Shown here: piece by piece, positions 51,716 through 64,000 of the stretch
Numbering within the stretch: the first letter of the stretch is position 1
Layout of the letters: each line of letters opens with the position of its first letter
NCBI GenBank assembly: GCA_002269645.1
Contig: NIVC01002066.1
Coordinates: forward strand, 1-64,000
Origin: Macrostomum lignano
Lineage: Eukaryota
Direction of reading: 5' to 3'
Length of the DNA: 64,000 bases
Notes under the pieces: model-generated
Databases searched by the model: none
The model's input: only the letters and a program-made list of their open reading frames with translations
What the model was told of the DNA's origin: nothing
Position numbers and translations under genes: made by a program

Positions 51716-54700
51716 ACCATACGGACAGCGAGCTAGCGACAGTAGCAACGCTGCCGTACGCACGCCAACGCGTCCCGACTAGGCAGGCCAGGTAGTCAAG
51801 CAGGCTACTCAGCGAACAGGATACAGGAATGCAGTGGGTCTGCTTGCAGTAAGCTAGCCACTCACGGATGTGCCTTGCCACCGTCTGCCTTGACCGTGGT
51901 GCATAGGAGACGGCTACAAGCGACGCAGCCCGGCGGCTGAGAGAGTTTGGCGCAGCAGGACGGCCTGAAAATGAAGAAAGTGGGCAGAGGCAGGGCAGAA
52001 GGCATGTCGATGCATTCCTTGCAAAGCAAACGGGCACAAATTGCCATAGTAGCGAAATAAAAAATTAATCAACTGACTGCGCTCTTGCAACCGAGACGCT
52101 GCAAGAATTTGAAACTCTCTCGCGCCGGTACATGAAAGGCTCTCACCCTCAGACCATGCCGTAATGACATCAGCGCAATCGTCTGCAGTAACCTCTGCAC
52201 GACAGGACACACCTCGAAGTGCCACTGATGATAAAAGGACAGGCCGCCATGTTGTCACAATAAGCGCTAACGTTACAGCCTTTCAGCTCTTCCCTCTAGC
52301 GCAGGATTGACAGCACAGGAACCCCTGCCTCTTTTTAGTTGATTGGCAGATCAGCGAACACCCCGGCCGCATCCTGAATCCAATTGATGCAGCAGCAGTC
52401 CCAACTGCCATCTGACCTTCGAAGCACCGTTGCCCCGCCTCTTCCACATGCATCAGAGTCGATTGCCACATGTTTCTTAAACTCGGGCCAGAGCTCCACT
52501 CATCAGGCCGACTCCAGCGCCACAATCTACCAGCTGAATTGGTCCCAGAGCTGTAAGCTGACTTTAATTCTCTCGGCTGGCCACATAGCGTTGCACACTT
52601 CGATCAGATCACGTAGAAATGTTTTCCCTTTGCAAATCACTTGCGCTGCCCAGCCAAGCTTGCCGATCAAGCGTTGTAAAGTGTTATGATTGAGGCTCTC
52701 GGAGGCTGAGGCTGAGGTTTCGGATCTGCAGCTCGCAGCTGTTTAATTACATATATTTTCGCTCAATTCTGAGCTGAGATTTTCGAGCTCTCTTTTATAC
52801 AAACTTGACTTTTTTACGCATGCGCATAGTAGTTCCACTTAGAAAAATAAAGAGCAGCCTGTGCTCAAATTGATATCTATGGCCAAGCCATAACACAGCA
52901 CGCTTGCTGGTCCTGGTTTTGCTCCTCTCAGTTGCTAGCAACTCAGCCAGGTTCTTCGCCTTCTCCTCGGGCAGCCTCTTGATGCCGGCCACTGTATCGA
53001 ACTCGGCACCAAGAAAGGTCATGCGCTTAGTTGATGTCTGACCCTTTGCCCAGTTTACAGTGAAGCTCAGTCGCGTCAACAGGCCCGTCAGCTCGTCGTA
53101 AAACCACTGGGATTCGTCCCGAGAGCCAGCGAAGGCGAAATCGTTCAGGTAGGACTCGGTGCCCACAAAGCCTCTGCGCACCCTCATTAAACGCACAGCG
53201 TTGCTAAAGATGGTGAAAACAGGTAACAGAAGCCGCAGCGCCAAGCGGCAAACGGGTGTCATGCATTTAGGTGGCTGCCTTGAACTCGCCGAAGCAGAAC
53301 TTGATCCCTGTCTGACCGAAATCATCGCTTGAACACCACAGGCGCGGTACGCTTCGCTGAGATCCACCTTAGTCATAAAGCAGCCTCTAGAAATCTAGAA
53401 AGCTCCCTCGCAAAGTTGTCGGAGCACGTGAAGCGCAGCCTCTCCTGGCTGACCCATCTAGAGTTCACAGAGTTATTCACGGGCCGACTGCAGTCGTGAA
53501 TCAGGCACACACGGTCACCAACCTTGGGCAGGGCTCCGAGAGCACTGACCACTTGCGGATGCCAGCCGGTCGGGCACTCGCGATACCTGCCACTCCCGAG
53601 CTCCTTCTTTACCTGCTTTTCTACAGCCTCGAAATTAAAATTGACAGAATGGTAGTTGTTAACATCATTTGGTTTTCAGTCAGAAACATTTTTGTTAGTT
53701 ATACGAAAACCATATGCGACAACATCGAGAATAAACTTCTTCTGATCCATTGGTAAATCAATACACATCAGCTCCTTCTCCCACTCCACGAACCTCAAGT
53801 CTGTAGATAAAACGGGGACGTTAAAATAGCTACGGGCACTTAGTCAGTGCGAGGGCCTGGCCGTCTCGATGTTCACTCCATCCCGGTGGACAGCCGCTTC
53901 CGGGTGGCCTAGACCGCACCTCCGGCATTGATGAGCGAACTTGCAGTTTCTTCTGCTGCAACCGGTTTCCTTATTGAAGTCAAAGCACACAGGCTGCTGG
54001 CTCATTTTCGACAGTCTCTCTGAGGCAATCGGTCCTCTCTGTGGTGCCATCAGGTAGGCGGCTACCAGACCCATGTCGGAGGCTCTGGATTGCCAAGAGG
54101 TAGTAGCTGTCTGGCCTATTCTGCACTCGTCGTTGAATCTCATGACGCGGGTCTTCTCAAAACCAAGGTCAAAAAGCTCTCCTGTCCGAATATTAAAGCG
54201 CAGGTAACCTCAGAGCTCGGAAACATCAGGGCATCCTCCTTCACCGCTCTTAACTAGAGCTCCATCATCCAGAATCTTCAGCATTATGCGCGCATTACCA
54301 GCAATCCAGTCGCCAAAGGTCAGAGATTCCAACGCTGCCTCCTTCACCTTGTAGACAACTTTGCCTGTCCGTTCAACAGACTGGATGATACCCGCTTCCT
54401 GTTGCTTACGTTTACAGATGAATTCGGGGATGCGGTAGGTACCATGCGGGATCGCTGGTCTAGCTGACTCACTCCCTGATATCACGTGACGAAACAACTC
54501 ACCATGGTTAGTTGAGGGAGCCCGGTACCGCTGCAATAGGTTAACCTCAGCCTGCAGATCGGCTTCTTCCTTGCGTAGTTTTAGCAGCCGGATACACTGC
54601 TCGACTTCCCGCAGCTCGTCGTCCAGGCCGCCAGCCGCTCCAGACTCTGGTGACACCGTCGCCGCTTCGCTGTCCGCCGCAGCCGCCAGCAGATATTGAA

Positions 54701-54970
54701 TGTTCTTCGAGCGAGTCGTCATCGGGGTCAGTGAAGGTCTGCGATCATCGCCGTCCTGTAGTTCTGTTACGCTATCGATGTGTGCGGACAGCGTCTCCAA
54801 TAGCTCCATTTTGTTTCCGTGGGTGGGTAGGCCTAGGCCATGCAACCTCTCGGGCAGTGACTTGACAGTGTCAGTGCCAGTCATGATTGAGTGATTGGCA
54901 TTAGAGTTCAGAAGCGTTGGTATAGAACGCAGGTTCGTTTGACTGTAAATTTTCAATGATGACTGCATTC
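51716..54970 (-). mobile_element. Degenerate DIRS/Ngaro tyrosine-recombinase retrotransposon: gag-like ORF (SAP-like motif, C-terminal Cys/His finger), RT, RNase H, N-terminal part of the YR
   Basis: 54968-54210 LPERLHGLGLPTHGNKMELLETL; 54143-53844 CFDFNKETGCSRRNCKFAHQCRRCGLGHP; 53376-52795 KVDLSEAYR, YLND, LSFTVNWAK..MTFLGAEFDT..RLPEEK; LQRLIGKLGWAA and IDSDACGRG; 52037-51720 SYAPRSRQT..WLAYC..LLDYL. Confidence 0.75.
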
Positions 54971-57243
54971 AGCTAAATAGACACGCAGAGTTTGATAAGC
55001 CACAACAAAACCATATTGGAGCACTTCACGGAAAAGTTTCATGCACTTCGCGATGGAAGCTGCGTTCAAGCAAAGCAAATTCATTGAGCTGAGCAATATA
55101 TAGGTAGCTTGAGCCAAGCTTTGCAAATCTAAACGGACAGCGAATATTTGTGCAGTTTACAATTGCCCGAGTGTATTGCACCGTATGCGGGTATTGAATT
55201 TCGACATTTGCAATAGTTTCCTGAACAATGGTCCGAACACGAGGAGCTCTACTATGCCGACCTCGCTGTACAGCAGTAATTTTACGGTGCAGTTTTCCGC
55301 GTCTGCATAGGTGGGATATCCGTGAGGTGGACTTCTGAATATTTTGTCTGACGCAGAAATGTATACACTGTGGCAAAAATATTGCCGCCATACAGCATTC
55401 GAAATGTAAGGTTAACAAGGCTTGACTAGCGCGGGAGTTTCTACAGCGGAAGAGTTACGGAGTTACGTTGAGAATTCTGCTCAAATTTGAAACCACTTTT
55501 AACTCCAGCTGCTTTGAGATGAACCCAACGTCGTTTCAAGCATCGCAAGAAACATTGAAGAGTCCAAAGTTATCAGTAAAGTCAAATGAAATAGACTGTA
55601 TAGATGACGCAAAACTGTGCATGTGACCAGCTGTGTTCCAGTTCCAAACAGCGAAAACAACTCTTTCGAATGTGACATTCGTATGAATTGCAGACCCAGA
55701 TGACCAAAAAAACTAAAGTTGAACAGTTAAAGTAAAATCTAGAATGTAGTCATATTTGCGAAGGGCGGCTGCAGCTAAAACCATATTTGTTCTATGCAAG
55801 CATAACTATTTTCTTTCCGAAGCGTATGCTCGTGTTTGAGATGAAGGAGAGACAGTGGAGGCGCTCGCTTCACTTTTCTCTCGCCTGCATCTGCGGGCCC
55901 AAAGGCAAGGCCATTGCCTCAGCTGGGCTGCAGACCACAGCAGCCTTGGCCCAGAAAAACCGTGCTTCGAGTTCACTTCTTTGTTATCCGACGTGAGCAG
56001 AAGGTTCAGGCAGGACGCAAAATCCTACCTGTTACAATACAGACTCGATATAAGAATCACATGAGCCAGTTAACAGTTCTGAGTACAGCAGACTCAGCAT
56101 TGGACATACACACTTTGACACGCTGAACAAGTTCTGAAGCGTCAAAGTCGCGTATCGGGTGAGTCCATGTCGCTGCTCAGCCCCGTCACAATCGGCAAGA
56201 AATAACTGAAACGCAAAGTTTGTGCGATTTGCCACAGCTGGTGCGTGCTCTACTGGAACACCAAACTGCAGAGAAATCGAGTGTTTGACTACAAGCAAGC
56301 AATTTTGCGAGCAAACTGTCATTAGCTACTAAGGCAATTCAGCTGTCCAGGCTCATTCTCACAGCGGCATCTCTTCGCCAACCATCACTAGCCTCACAGT
56401 GGTGTCTGCTGCACTACAGTCAGAACAGTTGCTCCATGATAGCGCTAACTTAAGCGCACAGTTTAGACCGGTATTCTGCACCTCAGCGATATCGTGAGGA
56501 GCAGCTTTATTGGAAGGGACCTGCGCAGTGAGAGAGAACTGGTCAGCGACACCTCTAAGTGATGGTCGCTTGGAGTGGTTTCACACATTTATTTCAGGCT
56601 GGCAAATGGAGCCAGACGCTCACAAAAAGAGTTGTCCCTCTCATCTGCCTCCACAAAGGCTGCGTCGATACCATTCAAGGCGGTGCTCCAAAGCGGGATG
56701 ATATCGAGGCATCGGCTTCCAGATAGGCGGGGCATGATTCTACGACGAATTTTATACTGCGTCGCATTTGGTGCCTCTGCACTGATGAAGAAAATTATAT
56801 TTGGTCGATTCGTTCATGAAAAGCCACCGACTTCACCTTGGGCTTGAGACGTAGCTGCCATGTATCGGCTGTCGGCTCATGCCTGGCAAGGTACAGAACC
56901 TGTGCTGACGAGCTTCTAATTGCCATGTTAACCTCTGCAAAATGAAGGCTTGTTTAAAGCCCTCTGGTTTTAATTGAAATTTAGCTAGACATTCTAACCG
57001 GGCTAGCAGCAATCTCTGTGCCGTCTGTATGATTCATCAGAGGCGAGCCGAAGTTCGGTTGCCGTGCCATGCTTTGGAGACTGTGCGATTCGAGAGAGTG
57101 CAGCTGGCACCAGAAAAAACAGTCAAGAGTCGCATGCAGCAGCTGAATTAATAGTAGAGATCGCGATTTCTTGGTCTGATGGGCTTGCTTGCAGTAAAGA
57201 GGATTTGATGCTCACCCGTTTCAATTTCTGTTAGCTGTAAGTC

Positions 57244-57534
57244 TCAGTTGGAGTCTTGGAGATATACCTTTTCCACTAGTCCATTGCATGATAGCTCGAC
57301 CGAGCTATCAGCAGATGCAGTCGTTCCAGATTTAGATATTTCCAGCGCTGCAGAATCGTTCGCAAACCACCATCCGCTGCCAGCACCGATTGCTGCGTCC
57401 ACCCTGTCGCCAAAGCGGGCTGAGAAGCCGCTGCCATTCGGTGCCGGAAATGCAGAGCCATTAAAGTCGCCTCCGTCATAGTCAGAAACGCTTGACATGA
57501 AGCTATCAACTTTATTAATCACTCTGAAGCTCAA
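57244..57534 (-). pseudogene. Possible fibrinogen-related (FReD) domain C-terminal fragment
   Basis: FRVINKVDSFMSSVSDYDG..NGSGFSA..GSGWWF resembles the FReD FxV..YxLxVxxYxG..NGxxFST..GGWW pattern, but lacks the conserved Cys. Confidence 0.3.
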
Positions 57535-57544
57535 TCATTTGTGA

Positions 57545-58000
57545 ACCGTTCTTGAGCCTTCCCTCGGTACTCGTCGCCTTAGACGTATGTGATAAAAAGC
57601 ATTTAAGAATGCGTCCATATCAAGACTGTAAGCCATTTTCAGGTGCACCGCTCGGATCTCCAGACAGGCAAACAGCGCTAAATATCCTTTTTAGTGCTTC
57701 CTTCCTCGTCCTTGTATGTACAGTCACAAAACCGAGAGCTGTATAAATGAAAGCGCTAAAATTGCCCTTTTCACCGAACCGCTGGTAACTGTGCCATTTG
57801 CTGAACCTCTGGTCGAGCCCGCGGTCGCTCACAGTGCGCATATTCCCGTCCCCCACTCTGGAATCGCTTCGCTCCCACCGATCAACCAAAACTTCTCAGA
57901 CATCACCGATAAGGTCTGATTTGTTCCGCCTCGCTCTTCGTGATACTGTTACGAGTATCTTGGTGACCCTTGTGATCCTCCTTCGGGGCTCGCACTTGGG
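57545..58000 (-). mobile_element. BEL/Pao integrase fragment
   Basis: YHE..GGTNQTLS..EKFWLIGG, MAQLP, LFACLEIRAVHL..LDMDAFLNAF..RRRVP. Confidence 0.7.
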
Positions 58001-58189
58001 ATGGCGAGCATGGTATGGTATGATAAATTTTGCTATCTTGTCAATGCAGAGGCCAGCCCCAAATCAGTCCCATAGCGCTTCTACGAGCATAGAAGGAATC
58101 TACCAAATTCACATCTGTCGGCTTGCGCTCTCAATCAGTTTACGAAATCTGCCGCAGGCTCGTGAGCTTCTTGCTGCATCAGATTTAAC

Positions 58190-58800
58190 TTTTAGCGCAC
58201 CGCAACACTTGAGCTTCTTCTTGGGGTAACATGATTCTCAATTTCCGTCTTCAATTGTTCAAAGAGCTCGCTGTATGACTTATCAGGTGACATCAGATTA
58301 AGATAAGATCTTGCTCTTGTAAAAAGCAACCCATAAAGCATGTGGAGACCGCAGAGCACAATTTCTTCTTGTTGGAACGGTGAGACCACAGGGACTTAGA
58401 TTGGCCGTCCAAAAACTACTCGGCTGAGCTTTTTCTACGAGCGTGCGACGAAACTCGGTGGTGCAGCAGAACTCTCCGAAAAAAACGGGGTGAACTCTGC
58501 GTGAGTTATGTGATCATCCCAGGTACTCAGGGCGCGCTTGACAGTTTGCAGGCCCGTTAGACGGCTCCATTAACCTAGGGGAAGTACGTTGGCGATTCGA
58601 GTTTGCAAACCCCGTTTGCCTGCAGCCAAAGGCGCACTTGGTCGCTTATGAACTCTGGAGCGTTGTCGGAGACCAGCAATTCAGGGATTCCGAAGTGAGT
58701 GGATGCTGTTCGATGCGATAAAACTACAGATTCTGAGGATCCATCTTTGCATTGAAACGCTTCCATCCATCCTTAGAAAGTATCCACGATCATAAATATA
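58190..58800 (-). mobile_element. Gypsy gag and integrase fragments
   Basis: FGIPELLVSDNAPEFIS..NGV..SPTYFP; SPDKSYSELFEQL. Confidence 0.65.
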
Positions 58801-59639
58801 TTTTCGGCGCGTTGTACAAACGCCCAATCCATGTGAAGTTTTTGGAAAGCGTACTCCGAAGAGAGTCTGCAATTGCAAGGCTCCTAAAATAAACAATCTG
58901 CTCTGACTGTTTAATTTCAAATCTAGAACTCACTGCGGTCAATAACGTATACTGCAGCCTTTTTGTAGAGTTAAACAAAATCTATTGAAGCTTCGCATGG
59001 AGATCCAGTCAGCAGAACTTTTTAAAAAATCAAAAATCTCTCGAAAGAGACTATAAACATTTCGTGTATCGGAGTTCCTGATCGAAAAAACCGTTGCCGT
59101 TTATTCCAGGCGCTGTTGAAACAAAAACCAATGCCATATATTTACGATGTTTTAGCTTTATCTGAAAATTTTAAAGTAGTTCAGCACTCACAGGTGCAAT
59201 AAAACTATTAGCCCCTTGTATGGTTTCTGATGAGACCAGGGCTTGGATCTCCACCGGGCTGCACTGAGTTGACTCCCAATGCCTGGCGTCTGAAGCGTTT
59301 TTTGAACGTTAAACACTTTAGCTTGTATAGAATTTTATCCCAAGGAAAGTATTAAATAAGCAATGACTCACTATAATAGAGCGACTGCTACTGTGTAATA
59401 CAGCTACCAGTTAAATTCCGAAGGCCAGCAGTTGCCGAAGACAGAACTCAGGATCGAGACCTGCAGCTGTATAGTAGTGCAGTCCTCCGGGACTAGTCTT
59501 TGATATTGGAGCAAAGTAGGTCGTATTTCAAAGCTTACCCTTGTCGACTGCTCTGACCTCGCACAGAAACGGGTGGGTGTCCTTCTGAAGATCGCAATTT
59601 GCCGCGTGAGCTGAGCGTCAAGCGTGAGTCCCAGGACTC

Positions 59640-60830
59640 AAGTGTATTCCAGTTGTTCCACAGGACTGGGCTGCTGTCTCACCACTCGCATCGTCTTTGG
59701 TTGGCGATCGCATTGACGATCATTATTATGTTTTCGGCGCGTTGTACAAAGGCCCAATCCCAATCCAAAAAGTGTACTCAGCATATGGCCATGCGTCTCG
59801 TTCTTGTGATGGTCTTGGTCGCAATTAATTGCAGGTCGAACAGTCACGGACGAAGTGTTCCTGGCCACCAGCAGGACAGCCATGAAATTGTAGGCTAAGA
59901 TTTAAGGTGGTGTGTGCAGTGCGGAATGCCTCGTCTCTCAGGCTAGAGGGAATAAAGATTCGACTTCCATGAACAAGCAGACCGCCTGCAATGGTAAGGC
60001 TGTCAGAAAACTTATCAAAGGGTCTTGTCGCCTGAGAGCAACCCGTCCACTTTCCTGTTTTAAGACGATAATTCCACCTTGAATAACTGGATCCATCTCC
60101 AATTCCGCTAGAATGCGGTGCTGTGGTACCATACTCATCGTAAACGCGACTCAGTAAAACTGCGGCAGTTTATAGCATCGGACAGCTCCGAAGTATTTTT
60201 CGATGGTTCAGTAAAACGCAGACGAGACAAAGCGAGGTATTTTGGATTTTGGCATGTATTTAATTTCTTAGTCATTGTGCCTTCATCACAAGTGCCCATC
60301 TCGATATGCGAACAGATGTGTTTGTGGGCACGCCACAAGACTGGCCAAACAAACGAATCAGAGGTTGGTTATCTGTTGTTATGGTGAATTTTTGCCTACG
60401 AGATAATTTTTGAGGCGATTGACAGCCCAGAATATGGCCAGCGCTTCCCGTTCGATGTTTACATAATTCCTTTTGGCGCTTGACAAACAACGTACTATAC
60501 TACGTAGTACGTACTACAATATACTACTGGGTGTCCGGCTTGTGTGACGACGCCGGCAGGTGCACCTTACGAGGCATAGATCGTGAGCGATAACTCCTTT
60601 TCCAACGAATATGGTTGGACCACGGGTGCAGATGAAAGGCTCTATTGCACTCCGCTGACCAAACGAATGTGGCGTCATTATGCCAGAGGTTATGCAGACA
60701 CTTCGTTTTGCCAGCAAATCTTGGAATCAGCCGGCCGAAGAAGATTTTTAGACCGAGAAACTTCTTCAGTTCCTTGCAGTTTAAAGGCATATAAACACCA
60801 CACCCCAAGGGAAGTGGAAGGCGGACGCGA
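59640..60830 (-). mobile_element. Gypsy RT-RNase H-integrase fragments
   Basis: ELKKFLGL..FGRLIPRFA..FVWSAECNRAF; KFTITTDNQPL..RISRWAL. Confidence 0.7.
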
Positions 60831-61145
60831 GTGATTGCGAGTATCGAGTACAGTGCGAGTGGATACGACGGTCCAAAATCCAAAAAATGATGGGAGAAAA
60901 GTGAAATAAAAGACGGGGGGGAACGCAGGATTCACGCTTGCAAGCAAGTAATAAAATAAAACAGTCATTAAAACAGCACTTAATCCATAAGACAACAGTA
61001 ATCATTGCGCAAAAGATAAAACCAGAAATAAGAAAACACACGAGTTGAGAGAAAAAAAATCAGTGCATTTGATTCCAAGCCAGAGAAAAAATAGAAGAAA
61101 GCAGACAGCACACCAGCTACTACCCAAAACAGGCAAACGAAAAAA

Positions 61146-61480
61146 TTATAGGCATTGAGACAGTTTGCGAACAGCCGCCAGCTGGAGGTCGAAGCCCTGC
61201 TCCAGCCCCAGGTGCACCTCAACCGCCGAGCTCCGCCAGTTGCCCAGGGTTTTGACGATCGGCAGCGGCACTCCGGCGCGGAACGCCAGCGAGGCGCCGC
61301 CGCGTCGAAGGCTGTGAGGAGACAGAGACCGGTCTGCCAGGCCGGCGCGGTGGACGACGTGCTGAAACAGGCGACAGAACCGGGTGCTGGTCAGAGGCGT
61401 CAGGCCGCCGCTGCTTCGGTAGGCGAAGAGGTGGGCAGCAGCGGCGCGGTCCGGCTGGTTGATGCGCAGGTGGTCTTTAC
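61146..61480 (-). pseudogene. C-terminal half of a DIRS/Ngaro-type tyrosine recombinase
   Basis: Minus-frame translation ...SPHSLRRGGASLAFRAGVPLPIVKTLGNWRSSAVEVHL...stop. HxxR and W motifs are present; the expected catalytic Tyr reads His (CAC). Confidence 0.8.
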
Positions 61481-62142
61481 GGCCTGTAGCAGTTTGCTGC
61501 GTGTGGACGAGTTATCGGCAGTTATTCTAGTAAACGAGTACGCTCTTAAGTTCATGAAGGATGTTGTACTTTAAGTTATTTTCTTGACTTATATCAACCG
61601 TTTTACTCCTCGGTACTAAGTGAAGGCAGATGACTCTAGCAAGTACGGGTACAGACGAGAGCCTGGGAGCAAGAATGCTCCCTTACCATTTCGTTTTATG
61701 GGATAGACGACTATAAAAATGACATGAAGTTTCGAAGTATATATTGATTTTCGAAACCTTAGTGAGTTCCCAGCACTTTAACCAAAGCCCGCTCCACGAA
61801 ACGGAAAGGATCTCGGATGTCGAGCAGTTTTCAGCTTCAACCGCCATGTTAGTCAAATGAAAGTGCTTCTTGAATTCAATGGTCCATCGACTTGACTGCG
61901 AAATATGCACACTTTAATCGTCCCTTGGGATCTCTGGGCATTCTGTAAGCTCAGGTTTGGGATATCGCGCTTTTTCAACTTTTACCAATGGGAAAGCCCA
62001 GGAGATCTGCAACAACGGCAAGAACTCGAGCACTGAACATTCTTGAATGGCGTCACCGGTTGCTAGGTGGTAGCCTATCAGCGACTTAAAGCTTCCGTCG
62101 CAACAGTGTCGCACTGGTCTGGATAGTCTAGTTGTCCAAAAA

Positions 62143-63189
62143 GATTCTGCAATTGCAATGGCTACTAAAATGAAGCTTTTTGCTCTGACTGTTTATTTCA
62201 AGTTAAACAAAAGCTGTTGAAGCTTCGCAATGAGATCCAGGCATCCAGTCATGTATCAGGGTTCCTGGTCGAAAAAACCGGCGCCGTTATTTCAAGGCGC
62301 TGTTGAAACGAAAACCAATGCCATATTTAGAATATTTTAGCTTTATCTGAAAACTTCGAATCAGTTCAGCACTCACAGATGCAATCAAACTTTTAGCCCC
62401 TTGTATGGTTGCTGATGAGACCAGGGCTTTTATCCTCCATCGGGCTGCAATGAGTTCACTCTCGAGGCCTGGCGTCAAAAAGCGTTATTTAACGCTGAGC
62501 ACTTCGTTAAAAGACAAAAAGACAATAAAAAGACAATTTTATCTCAAGGAAATTATTAAATAAGCAATGACTCGCCATATTAGAGCTACTGCACCACCAG
62601 TTAAATTCCGAAGACCAGCAGTTGCCGAAGACAGGACTGCAGGATCAAGACCTGCAGCTATAGTTCAGTCCTTCGCTAGCTTCTCCTAACAGTGGGCCAA
62701 GGCCATCAGCTGAGACTAGCCTGTTAGAAGCTTTTCAAGGCCGGTTAGCTGATTAGCCGATTAGAAAGAGCAGTGCAAACGGAAACAAGTGTCTCCTTGA
62801 CTCTTGAGCAAGAGCCTAAGTAGGTTGATGTACGAAGCCACACACTCATATGAGGTGTAAAGTGACCCCTAGTTTTAATAATCAGGCTCGAACTTACTTT
62901 ATGTGTAGGGATTGGGCCTTATCTAGGGTGAAATCCGGGCCTAATAATATATTAGTATTTGATAATAGAGCAAAGTAGGTCGTGTTTCTAAGCTTACCCT
63001 TGTACCAGAAAGGTTGCCTGCTCCGACCTCGTACAGAAACGGGTGGGTCTCCTTCTGAAGGTCGCAGTTTACCTCAGTCAATTTGCCGCGTGAGTTGAGC
63101 GTCAAGCATGAGTTCCAGGACTTAAGTGTTTTCCAGTTGTTCCACAGGACTGGGCTGCTGTCTCACCACTCGCATCGTCTTTGGTTGGC
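62143..63189. repeat. Diverged duplicate of 58863-59705 (probably retroelement-derived)
   Basis: Shared blocks such as TCTGCAATTGCAA..CTCTGACTGTTTA and CCAGTTGTTCCACAGGACTGGGCTGCTGTCTCACCACTCGCATCGTCTTTGGTTGGC. Confidence 0.75.
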
Positions 63190-64000
63190 ACTGAACCACC
63201 CGTCGATGTGAACGAGGCCTCGAACGAGCCGGTCGTCAGTTGATTTAATTTCATACTAAGACTCTTTTCCAGTGAGAATGAACTTGACGGTCGTCATTCA
63301 GTTGTACGTGAATTGCAGACTCATTGAGTTTATTGGTCCACATTCTGGGTTGCAATGAGTCCCTGCTACAGTTTGCTGCACTGGAAACTATATGATGCCA
63401 ATAAGTGTAATAAGTGTGTTTTTGTATTATTATTATTATTGTTTGCATAACTTGACGGGTACCCGAGCAGCTCGAGCCGAAGCGAGGCGGTACTGAAGGC
63501 CTTAACTGGCACAAGCCGAACTGGCACATTAGTGACCAGCCAGACACAAAGAGACACATTGAGACAATTGGCGAGCAAGGCGAGCAACGCGCGGGAGGCG
63601 CACAGCAAAAGTTATGCATTCAAGCTATGTATTTTATAACGAGTTACAAAGAAAAACACTTTTTGAGTTAAGAGAAAAATTGAATTGAAAAAAACCTCAA
63701 GCGGAGAGCTGCTTCAATCAGCCATGTTTGAATTTAAACAGGCAGTGAAACTCACCACAGAGGCTTTAATCAGCCAGGTTTGAATTTAAACAGGCAGTGA
63801 AACTCACCACAGAGGCTTCAACCAGCCTGATGTGATTCGTCATGAAGCCACTGGTCCAGGTTTCGATGACTCTAGCCGATAAATTGCTGCCATTGCTTAC
63901 AAAACCGGATAAATGCAGGTCCTCTGTCTCTGATCTCCAGCATGTCAACAATGATTATTCTCCGAATAAAACGTCACTGAGGCTCGCTTGTCACCAGTGA

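Noticed and set aside
61155-61574. 139-aa plus-strand ORF
   Set aside because: Antisense to the tyrosine recombinase fragment

Overview
Eukaryotic (metazoan) genomic DNA with spliceosomal introns, many minisatellites and decayed transposons. The style suggests a repeat-rich invertebrate such as the flatworm Macrostomum, but that is inference only. (1) <1-7.6 kb: an apparently intact, intron-containing Helitron-type gene on the minus strand (OTU protease + Zn-binding region + HUH Rep). It runs off the left edge and is missing from the ORF track. Its 5' region recurs in inverted orientation at 10.2-11.3 kb, and one arm carries a hAT MITE with an 8-bp TSD. (2) 13-35 kb: two tandem paralogous three-exon genes encoding ankyrin repeats fused to a Mab-21/cGAS-like nucleotidyltransferase (cGLR), set among about ten different tandem arrays. 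Copy B (30197-33855) is intact with 5 N-terminal divergent ANK repeats. Copy A (13396-19381) has 28 near-identical 99-bp ANK units whose variation is concentrated at the ankyrin ligand-binding positions, and two identical 1-bp deletions. This pair is the most interesting system here: a candidate innate-immune sensor with a repeat-diversified recognition module. (3) 39-64 kb: a graveyard of fragmented BEL/Pao, Ty3/Gypsy and DIRS/Ngaro retrotransposons with local duplications. No rRNA, tRNA or CRISPR array was found.
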